From NCBI GenBank assembly GCA_963806095.1, contig CAWDWV010000002.1, positions 3,181,949 to 3,245,948 of the forward strand: a stretch of DNA of 64,000 nt, written 5' to 3'. Positions 56,911 through 64,000 of this stretch are shown here, in pieces. The translations under genes were made by a program, and so were the position numbers. The DNA comes from Thermoanaerobaculia bacterium. Lineage in GTDB: Bacteria; Acidobacteriota; Thermoanaerobaculia; Multivoradales; JAIOJS01. Within the stretch, counting starts at the first letter, position 1, and each line of letters starts with the position of its first letter. A model generated the notes under the pieces. The model saw only the letters and a list, made by a program, of their open reading frames with translations, was not told where the DNA came from and searched no databases.

Positions 56911-58539
56911 ATGGAACCCGGCTCTACCGTCGCACCTTCTTCAGCGACCCGGCGGCGTCACCTCGGCGCCGCGCTGCTCGCCACCCTCGCGCTCGCCGGC
57001 GGCCCCACGGCCGGCGTCGGCGCGAGCGATAACGAAGGTAGTGGCGAGCGCGTCCGCGTGCTCGTGGGCTTCAGCTCCGGCGTCGACGCCGCCGACCGCG
57101 AACGTCTGGCCGGCCGCTTCCACGGCCGACTGCGCCGTGACCTCGGCGCGTGGCAGATCGCGGCGCTCGAGCTGCCCGCTGCCGAGGTGGCCGCCCTGCG
57201 GCGCGCACCCGGCGTCGCCCGTGTCGAGCCCGACCCCGTCTACCGCGCCGCGGCGCTGGCGCTGGCCGAGCTGACGCCGGCGCTCGACAACGGTCTCTAC
57301 GGGCTGGTGCTCACCAGGGCGGTCGAGGCGCAGGCCCGTCACGTCACCGGCGAGGGCGCCCGCGTCTGCATCGTCGACAGCGGCATCGACGCGAAGCATC
57401 CCGACCTCGCGGCCGCATACCGCGGCGGCTTCGACCTCGTCGACGGCGACGAGAACCCCGACATCGGCGCCGACCCCGGCCTCGGCGGCCACGGCACCAT
57501 GGTCGCGGGCGTGGTCGCGGCCGCCGTCAACCGCAAGGGCGTGCGCGGCATCGCACCGAGCGCCGAGATCCGCCACGCCCGCGTGCTGGGGCCCGACGGC
57601 ACGGCGGCGGGCAGCGACATCATGGCCGCCGTGCGTCGCCTCGTCGAGGACGAGGGCTGCCGCATCGTCAACCTGAGCCTGGGCACCAACCAGCGCAGCG
57701 AGGTCGAGGAGGGGTTCTACCGGCAGTTGCTGGCGCGCCACGACGCGCTGATCGTCGCCGCCACCGGCAACGACGGCGCCGCGACGGTGGGCTACCCCGC
57801 CGCCTACCCCGGCGTGGTGGCGGTGGGCGCCGTCGACCGCGACGCCGCGCTGGCGGCCTTCTCCAACACCGGCGTCGACATCGACCTGGTGGCGCCCGGC
57901 GTCAACGTGCTGTCGAGCGTGCCGCGCGGCTCGGGCGGCGAGGCCTACGTCGTCTCGGGCCGCGCCTGGCCGGCAACCGCATTCACCTACGGCGGCTTCA
58001 CCGCCGGCAACGGCACCAAGGGCAAGCTCGTCGACTGCGGCACGGGCAACACTCCCGCCGAGTTCCCGCGCAAGGTGCGCGGCAACGTGGCGCTGATGCG
58101 GCGCGGCGACGCCTTCTTCTCGGTGAAGGTGGAGAACGCGATGAACGCCGGCGCCCGCGCCGCGGTGATCTACAACAACGTCGCCGAGGAGGTCCGCGGC
58201 ACGCTGCAGGCCGAGACCGCGAGCGACGGCCGCCCGTGGATCCCCGCCGTGCTGGTGAGCCTCGACGACGGCGAGTACCTGCGCGCCCACCCCAAGCGGT
58301 CGACGGTGTTCAACGGCCCCACCGACTGGGACTCCGCCAACGGCACTTCGTTCGCGGCGCCGTACGTGGCGGGCGCGGCGGCGCTGCTGCTGTCGGTCGA
58401 TCCGACGCTGACGAGGGACCAGATGCTGGAGCTGCTGGAGTCGACGGCGCTCGACCTCGGCCAGCCGGGCGCCGACGTGCAGTTCGGCTCGGGGCTCGTC
58501 GACGCCGACGCCGCCACGCGCGCGGCTGCTCCGCCCTGA
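56911..58539 (+). CDS. Secreted S8 (subtilisin-like) serine protease with PA-domain insert
   Basis: The catalytic triad is in CIVDSGID, GGHGTMVAG and NGTSFAAPYVAG. A PA-like insert (GKLVDCGTG..VALMRRGDAFFSVKVENAMNAGARAAVIYNN) lies between the His and the Ser. Start at MEPGST. Confidence 0.9.
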   Translation: MEPGSTVAPSSATRRRHLGAALLATLALAGGPTAGVGASDNEGSGERVRVLVGFSSGVDAADRERLAGRFHGRLRRDLGAWQIAALELPAAEVAALRRAPGVARVEPDPVYRAAALALAELTPALDNGLYGLVLTRAVEAQARHVTGEGARVCIVDSGIDAKHPDLAAAYRGGFDLVDGDENPDIGADPGLGGHGTMVAGVVAAAVNRKGVRGIAPSAEIRHARVLGPDGTAAGSDIMAAVRRLVEDEGCRIVNLSLGTNQRSEVEEGFYRQLLARHDALIVAATGNDGAATVGYPAAYPGVVAVGAVDRDAALAAFSNTGVDIDLVAPGVNVLSSVPRGSGGEAYVVSGRAWPATAFTYGGFTAGNGTKGKLVDCGTGNTPAEFPRKVRGNVALMRRGDAFFSVKVENAMNAGARAAVIYNNVAEEVRGTLQAETASDGRPWIPAVLVSLDDGEYLRAHPKRSTVFNGPTDWDSANGTSFAAPYVAGAAALLLSVDPTLTRDQMLELLESTALDLGQPGADVQFGSGLVDADAATRAAAPP

Positions 58540-58551
58540 GCGAGTGCCACT

Positions 58552-59616
58552 CTACGGGCAGGTGGCGAAGGCGGCGGTGTCGAGCAGCGGCCGGAAGGCG
58601 GTACCGCGCGGGCTGCTGTAGTTGTTGACCTGCGGCGGCCCCGCTGTCGCGGTGTCGGTGACGGTGAAGGTGACGCCGACGTCGGTGGTGCCGGCGGCGA
58701 AGAACCAGTAGCGCCCGTTGACGGCGCAGCCAACGAGCAGCTTGACGTTGACCTCGACGTTGTCAGGGTCGAAGAACCAGAGGTAGCCGCTCTCGCCGGT
58801 GAGCTGCACGACGCCGGCCTGGCCCTGGCCGGTCGCGGTCTCCCACGTCGCCTCGACGCGGAAGCGGCCGCGCAAGCACAGCGCGGTGGCGGTCGGCACG
58901 CAGGTCTCGACCGGTTGGTCGAGCAAGAAGCCGAAGCCGGTGCGCAAGCTCTCGTCGGACGGCACCTCGTGACGCAGGTGCGGGACGACCTCGACCTCGG
59001 TGGCGATGCCGAGACGGTCGAGCATGGCGACCCAGACCTCGCGGAGCGGATAGTTGGGATCGAGGGTGCCGTAGAGGAGGCGCGCCGGCGGCGCGTGCTC
59101 GGGGTCGGTCACGCGGATGACGATGCGGTAGGGGGCGGCCATGGCGAAGACGCCGGTGAAGGCGTTGGGCGTCGTGTAGGCAAGGACGAGCGCGTACGCG
59201 GCGCCGGCCGAGAAGCCGGACAGCCCGACGCGGCGACGGTCGATCGGCAGCCGCTGCTCGGTGGCGTCCAGGGCAGCAGCGATGATGGCGTCGTCGGCGC
59301 CGACGCCGAAGTTGAAGCCGACCCCGGCGGCCGGCATGACGAGGACGAAACCGAGCTGTTCGGCGATCTGGCCGATGTGGGTGTTCTGCCGCCAGACCTC
59401 GGGGCCGGAGCCGGAGCCGTGGAGGAAGACGACGACCGGCGCGGGCTTGGTGAGGTCGAGGGTGAGCGGGACGTAGTTGATCGTGTAAGAAGCGACCGCG
59501 GGGAGCTGGATGGTCTCCCAACCGAGCTGCACGCCTCTCGCAGGTGTCGCCGCAAACGTGGCGAGGAGCGTCGCCGCAGCGAAGGAGAAGAAGGTGGGAC
59601 GAAAGAGATGTCGCAC
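58552..59616 (-). CDS. Secreted alpha/beta-hydrolase (esterase-like) with Cys-bounded C-terminal beta-rich domain
   Basis: VVVFLHGSGSG and the nucleophile elbow GLSGFSAGAAYA. The C-terminal ~115 aa read CVPTATALCLRGRFRVEATWE..GYLWFFDPDNVEVNVKLLVGCAVNGRYWFFAAGTTDVGVTFTVTDTATAG..FATCP. I prefer the GTG 59616 start; the track start 59892 lies inside the repeat element. Confidence 0.7.
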   Translation of the reverse strand: MRHLFRPTFFSFAAATLLATFAATPARGVQLGWETIQLPAVASYTINYVPLTLDLTKPAPVVVFLHGSGSGPEVWRQNTHIGQIAEQLGFVLVMPAAGVGFNFGVGADDAIIAAALDATEQRLPIDRRRVGLSGFSAGAAYALVLAYTTPNAFTGVFAMAAPYRIVIRVTDPEHAPPARLLYGTLDPNYPLREVWVAMLDRLGIATEVEVVPHLRHEVPSDESLRTGFGFLLDQPVETCVPTATALCLRGRFRVEATWETATGQGQAGVVQLTGESGYLWFFDPDNVEVNVKLLVGCAVNGRYWFFAAGTTDVGVTFTVTDTATAGPPQVNNYSSPRGTAFRPLLDTAAFATCP

Positions 59617-59700
59617 AGCCGATTCTAGCAATTGGGGCTCGCGTCCGTGGCCGCGGACCTCGTGATCTCCGAACGGAGGCTGCGGTGGATGAACGGCGTT

Positions 59701-60078
59701 GACCACCCGGCCGGCGGGTGCTGGCGTGGCCGGAGGGGCGCCGCCCAGGGGCACGGCTCGCTTTCTGAGACCTTCGGGCGAAAGCGCTCGCCTTGCCGGC
59801 AGGGCGCGCAACGCACTCGCTGTTACCCAGCGTCCGCGCGAAGCGCCCTGCCGGAAGCCCCTGGGCGACGCCCCTCCGGCCCCGCTGGGCACCCGCCTTC
59901 ATGAGTGGATGTCGAGTGACTTGGCGCGAGCTCAGGCGTCGCCGTGGTGACTGCAGCGACTCACCTCACGCTCATTTTTCGCTGAGAAGGAGACCCTGTC
60001 GTGCCGCTCGGGTGATGGGCTGCGCTCCGTCCATTTTCCAGTCATAACTCGCGGTCCACTTACGTCGCCGGAATGCGG
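59701..60078 (+). repeat. Left arm of a large imperfect palindrome (noncoding repeat element, copy A)
   Basis: GACCACCCGGCCGGCGGGTGC...GGGCACCCGCCTTCATGAGTGG...GTCGCCGTGGTGA...GTCGTGCCGCTCGGGTG...AACTCGCGGTCCAC...GCCGGAA aligns with the reverse complement of 60160..60533. Confidence 0.85.
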
Positions 60079-60159
60079 ACGCGCCTCTTGGCTACGCAAG
60101 CTCGTCACGCACGCTGTCCGCGACGCCGCGGATCGTGATCTAGACGCTCATGCGGGATC

Positions 60160-60533
60160 CAGTTCCGGCGACCGTGATGGACCGCGAGTTGTGACGGGAA
60201 GGTCGGCGGCGCGCATCCCGACACCCGAGCGGCACGACGACGGCTGTGGTGAGACGTGAAGAGAGCGCGAGGCACAGCGCTCCATTCACCACGGCGACAT
60301 ACGAGCTCGCGCCAAGTCGCTCGGCGTCCACTCGCGAAGGCGGGTGCCCAGCGTGGCCGGAGGGCGCCGCCCAGGCGCCTCCCGGAAGGCGCTGTGCAGG
60401 GTGCTGGGTAACAGCGGCTGCGATGCGCGCCTTCCGGGCGAGGCGAGCACTCCCGCCCGAAGCTCTCGGAAAGCGAGCCGTGCGCCAGGGCGGCGCCCTC
60501 CGGCCACGCCCGGCACCCGCCGGCCGGGTGGTC
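60160..60533 (-). repeat. Right arm of the palindrome (copy B, inverted)
   Basis: The reverse complement matches copy A at roughly 80% identity over the outer ~250 bp. Identity is lower, with indels, over the inner ~125 bp. The unique centre is ~60079-60159. Confidence 0.85.
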
Positions 60534-60581
60534 GCGGACCTCCGCAGTCCACGACCACCTCTTACCTCTGCCGGCGTCGAC

Positions 60582-61907
60582 CTAAGGTCGATAAGCCGGC
60601 GGCAACGCCTCCCCGACCTTGCGATAGCGCTGCAGCAACGCCCGCTGCCGCGTGTCCGGGGGCACTTCCACTCCCTTGATGAAGACGTGCTCCGCGCTCG
60701 TCAGCAACTCGAAGGGATCGCCGCTCCACACCACCACGTCGGCGTCCTTCCCCTCCTCCAGCGTCCCGTAACGATTCGCGATCCCCCACACCTCGGCCGG
60801 CGCCGCCGTCACCGCTCGCAACGCCGCGTCCCAGGGCATCCCGTATGCCACGGCTTCCCCGGCCGCATGCCGGAGGTCCCGCGAGTTGTGGGCGTCGAAC
60901 GAGGCGAACAGCACGGTCACGCCTGCCTTCGCGAGACGCGCCGCGTTCTCCAGCGTCGCGCCCAGGCTCTCGAAGTCCGGGATGTTCGTCATCGGGTCGA
61001 TCACCACCGGCACCTTCGCCGCGGCGAGCTCTCGCGCCACCATCCAGCCGTCGGCGGCGCCGAAGACGACCAGCTTCAACTTGTACTCCCTCGCCAGGTG
61101 CAACGCCGCGATGATGTCGCTGCCGCGGTTGACGAACACCCCCAGCAGCAGCTCCCCTTGTACCACCGGCACCAACGCGTCGAGGTCCAGCCGCGACAGC
61201 GGGTAGTCGCGGTGTTGCGCGCCCTCCCAGGCCTTGCGGTTGGCGGCGAAGTCCTCGGCGTCCTCCAGCGCCTCGCGCAAGCGCAGCATCGCCGCGCCGC
61301 GGGCGCCGCCCGAGAGCTCGGCGCCCTGGCTGCCGAGCACCGCGATCATCGCCACCGGATCGAGCTCCACCATGCCGCGCGGATCGGGCGACGGCAGCGG
61401 CGCGAGATCGATCAGCGCCGCCTGGCCGGCGATCAGCGACTTGCCGGCGCGCGGCACCACCACCGCGCGCGTGATCCCCTCCACCCGCGTCACCGCCACG
61501 TTGGTGGCCAGCGGGTTGAGCCCGTCGGCGACCGCGAAAGCGGCGGTGATGCGGTCGTCCTCCACCTGCGCCTCGGTGGTGTCGTCGTAGGCGTCGATCT
61601 CCACCACGCCGATGCGCGACGAAGAATCGAGGAAGCCGGGCGTCACCCACTTGCCGCGGGCGTCGATCACCCGCGCCTTGGCGGGCACCGTCACGTTGGC
61701 GCCCACGGCGGAGATCATGTTGCCGACGATCACCACGGTGGCGTTCTCGAGCGGCGGACCGGCGACGGTGTAAACCTTGGCGCCGGTGATCGCCACCACC
61801 TCGTCGGTCGGGCCGGGCTCGATGGCGGCGGCGAGAGGGCCGGCGGCGAAGACCGCGGCGGCGCCGAGCAGCAGCGTCGCCGCGCTCCGCGCCATGGCTC
61901 GTTGCAT
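60582..61907 (-). CDS. Secreted amidohydrolase-superfamily protein (partner 2 of a tandem pair)
   Basis: Signal peptide MQRAMARSAATLLLGAAAVFAA. Also GKWVTPGFLD and DADVVVWSGDPFE. This is the real part of track ORF 60582..63488. Confidence 0.88.
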   Translation of the reverse strand: MQRAMARSAATLLLGAAAVFAAGPLAAAIEPGPTDEVVAITGAKVYTVAGPPLENATVVIVGNMISAVGANVTVPAKARVIDARGKWVTPGFLDSSSRIGVVEIDAYDDTTEAQVEDDRITAAFAVADGLNPLATNVAVTRVEGITRAVVVPRAGKSLIAGQAALIDLAPLPSPDPRGMVELDPVAMIAVLGSQGAELSGGARGAAMLRLREALEDAEDFAANRKAWEGAQHRDYPLSRLDLDALVPVVQGELLLGVFVNRGSDIIAALHLAREYKLKLVVFGAADGWMVARELAAAKVPVVIDPMTNIPDFESLGATLENAARLAKAGVTVLFASFDAHNSRDLRHAAGEAVAYGMPWDAALRAVTAAPAEVWGIANRYGTLEEGKDADVVVWSGDPFELLTSAEHVFIKGVEVPPDTRQRALLQRYRKVGEALPPAYRP

Positions 61908-61918
61908 ACGGGAGCAGC

Positions 61919-63427
61919 TCACCACGCCACCTCCTTCGCCGGCAGCCCGAGCTCGAAGTCCGTCGACGGCTGCCGCGTCTTGTCGTTGCGGTCGAAGATC
62001 AGCGCGCCGTCGATCCACACCTGCAACGGTTTGCTGTAGATGCTGAAGGGGTCGCCCGACCACAGCACCACGTCGGCCATCTTCCCCACCTCGAGCGACC
62101 CGGTCTGCTTGTCGACGCCGATCGCCTTGGCCGGGTTGATGGTGATCCAGCGCAGCGCCGCCTCGTAGGTGACGTCGATGCCGGCCTCGCGCCCGGCGCG
62201 CATCGCCTTGGCGGCGTCCTGGTTGAGCCGCTGGATCCCCTGCGCCGAGTCCGAGTGCACGATGGCGCAGGCGCCCGCCTCGTCCATCAGCGCGATGTTC
62301 TGCGGGATGCCGTCGTAGGCCTCGATCTTGAAGCCCCACCAGTTCGACCACAGGCTGCCGCAGACGCCCTCGCGCGCCAGCACGTCGCGGATCTTGTAGG
62401 CCTCGACGCCGTGGTGGAAGGAGGCGACCTTGTAGCCGAACTCCTTCGCCATGTCGAGCATCTGCAACATCTCGTCGGCGCGGTAGCAGTGGTTCTGCAC
62501 CAGGATCTTGCCGTCCAGCACGCCGGCGAGCGTCTCGAGCTGCAGGTCGCGGTCCGTGCGCTTGGCGGGGTCGGAGCCCTCCTTCTTCCAGCGCTCGAGC
62601 TTGTCGCGGTAGGCGCGGGCGCGGATCCACGACGAGCGGTAGCCGGCGAAGTTGCCCATCCGCGTCGACGGCGAGCGCCCCTTGGTGCCGTAGACGCGCT
62701 TGGGGTTCTCGCCGCACGCCATCTTGAGCCCGTAGGGAGCGCCGGGGAACTTCATCCCCGATACGCTGACCGAGGGGACGTTCTTGAGCGTCACCGAGCG
62801 GCCGCCGAAGAGGTTCGCCGAGCCGGGGAGGATCTCCAGGGTGGTGACGCCGCCGGCGAGCGCCAGCGGGAACTGCGGGTCCTGCGGCCACACCGAGTGC
62901 TCGGCCCACACCTCGGCGGTGTTGGGCGCCGTCGCCTCGTTGCCGTCGTCGATCCCGTCGCCGCCCGGCGCCGCGTAGACGCCGAGGTGCGAGTGGGTGT
63001 CGATGAGACCGGGAGTCACCCACTTGCCGGTGCCGTCGACGACCACCGCGTCGGCGGGCGCCTCGATGTCGGCGCCGACTGCCGCCACCTTGCCGTCGCG
63101 CAGCAACAGCGAGGCGCCGCTGAGCCGCAGCCCGGCGGCGGTGAGGATGGTGGCGTTGCGAATCAGCGTCGTCTGCGAGGGGAGCGGCTGGTAAGTCGAG
63201 GCGTAGGCCTCGGGCACTTCGGCGGCGGGCTTGGCGGCCGGGGCCGCCGTCTGCGGCTCGGCGGTGGTGGCGGCGCAGCCGGCAAGCGGCACGACGAGCG
63301 CGGCGGCGAGGCACCACGCTGCCTGGCGCCACGGACAGGCGCGCCGCGCGCGGCGGCAGCCCGGCGTGTCTTCGCGCCGGGCAAGAAAGATCAGCGCGCG
63401 TGGCTGGGGCGAGGGCGACTCGGGCAA
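61919..63427 (-). CDS. Amidohydrolase-superfamily lipoprotein (partner 1 of a tandem pair)
   Basis: Lipobox VVPLAGC. GKWVTPGLIDTHSHLG (HxH metal ligands), VASFHHG, IVHSD, MADVVLWSGDPF. The true start is probably downstream of 63427. Confidence 0.88.
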   Translation of the reverse strand: MPESPSPQPRALIFLARREDTPGCRRARRACPWRQAAWCLAAALVVPLAGCAATTAEPQTAAPAAKPAAEVPEAYASTYQPLPSQTTLIRNATILTAAGLRLSGASLLLRDGKVAAVGADIEAPADAVVVDGTGKWVTPGLIDTHSHLGVYAAPGGDGIDDGNEATAPNTAEVWAEHSVWPQDPQFPLALAGGVTTLEILPGSANLFGGRSVTLKNVPSVSVSGMKFPGAPYGLKMACGENPKRVYGTKGRSPSTRMGNFAGYRSSWIRARAYRDKLERWKKEGSDPAKRTDRDLQLETLAGVLDGKILVQNHCYRADEMLQMLDMAKEFGYKVASFHHGVEAYKIRDVLAREGVCGSLWSNWWGFKIEAYDGIPQNIALMDEAGACAIVHSDSAQGIQRLNQDAAKAMRAGREAGIDVTYEAALRWITINPAKAIGVDKQTGSLEVGKMADVVLWSGDPFSIYSKPLQVWIDGALIFDRNDKTRQPSTDFELGLPAKEVAW

Positions 63428-63544
63428 GGGCGATCCTCCGGTTGGTGGTTGGTGGCGGCGCTGCGAGCGGCTGGCGAGTGCGCTCCACGGTCGCGGCCAG
63501 GGGCGCCTAGCCTAACCGAGTAGCGGGACGCGAGCCCGGAGATA

Positions 63545-64000
63545 ATGCGCCCCGTGATCGCGGTCGCCGAGAAGCGCTGGGTGCCGTGGGCGATCCTCGG
63601 CCTGGCGCTGTTGCTGCGCCTCTGGGCGCTGCCGCTGCGGCCGCCGCACTCCGACGAAGGGGTCAACGGCTGGTTCGCCGAGAAGGTGCTCAGCGACGGC
63701 TACTACCGCTACGACGCCGAGAACTATCACGGCCCGCTGCACTACTACCTGCTCGCCCTCGCGCGCGTGCTGCTCGGCCACAACCTCTGGGCGCTGCGCC
63801 TGCCCACCGTGCTCATCGGCGTCGCCGCGGTCTGGCTCGCCATCGCTTGCGCCGACGCGCTGGGCAAGCGGGTGGCGTGGACGGCGGCGCTCTTCCTCGC
63901 CCTGTCGCCGGCGCTCGTGCTCTACGCCCGGTGGGCCATCCACGAGACGGCGTTCGTCTTCTTCTCGCTGCTCGCGCTGCGCGGCTGGTGCCGCTGGCGC
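63545..64000 (+). CDS. GT39/ArnT-like membrane glycosyltransferase (TIGR03663-like); 3' end off the window
   Basis: Absent from the ORF track because it is open at the window edge. Translation from ATG 63545 gives MRPVIAVAEKRWVPWAILGLALLLRLWALPLRPPHSDEGVNGWFAEKVLSDGYYRYDAENYHGPLHYYLL... and stays open to position 64000. Confidence 0.8.
   Translation, partial: MRPVIAVAEKRWVPWAILGLALLLRLWALPLRPPHSDEGVNGWFAEKVLSDGYYRYDAENYHGPLHYYLLALARVLLGHNLWALRLPTVLIGVAAVWLAIACADALGKRVAWTAALFLALSPALVLYARWAIHETAFVFFSLLALRGWCRWR

Noticed and set aside
59620-60581. IS element or transposase, or small protein genes (track ORFs 59632..59904, 59699..59950, 59793..60047, 60286..60558, 60344..60679), inside the palindrome
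   Set aside because: No ORF has transposase-like motifs. The two arms differ by non-triplet indels, so none of the ORFs is conserved as a protein. I treat the element as noncoding repeat DNA.
1-64000. CRISPR arrays, tRNA/rRNA genes, integrases
   Set aside because: All intergenic gaps are shorter than ~250 bp except 59617-60581. None shows spaced direct repeats, tRNA T-arm-like GGTTCGA(A/T)TCC in an intergenic context, or rRNA-like sequence. The recurring GACGGCGACGGCCG strings are FG-GAP and PD40 coding repeats.

Overview
Very high-GC (roughly 70%) bacterial chromosomal segment with about 50 protein-coding genes. I found no rRNA, tRNA, CRISPR array, transposase or integrase. The gene content (ADOP-type permease, Ser/Thr kinases fused to PD40/TolB-like beta-propellers, FG-GAP proteins) resembles Acidobacteriota or Myxococcota; this taxonomic placement is inference only. 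Most of the window is housekeeping: guaB, ribF, rimO, arfB, metG, tatD, hslO, radC, speB, Nif3. The rest is envelope, secreted-hydrolase and signalling genes. Most long ORFs in the supplied track are shadow ORFs typical of high-GC DNA. Two real genes that are open at the window edges are missing from the track (1..2311 minus, 63545..64000 plus). Five observations stand out. (1) About 40 reading-frame breaks are concentrated in 9 genes, and nearly all of them are one surplus base; essential metG is among the affected genes, while other stretches of 8-15 kb are clean. (2) A translationally coupled minus-strand cluster carries three paralogous kinase/beta-propeller genes and two FG-GAP genes, divergent from an S8 protease. 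(3) An ~830-bp imperfect palindrome is built from two ~375-bp noncoding repeat arms. (4) A visibly lower-GC two-gene cassette encodes an unknown secreted protein with Ca-binding-like repeats. (5) There are several perfect intergenic hairpins. I could not recognise a known defence or mobile system other than one VapBC pair. All functional calls come from motif recognition by eye, not from database searches.
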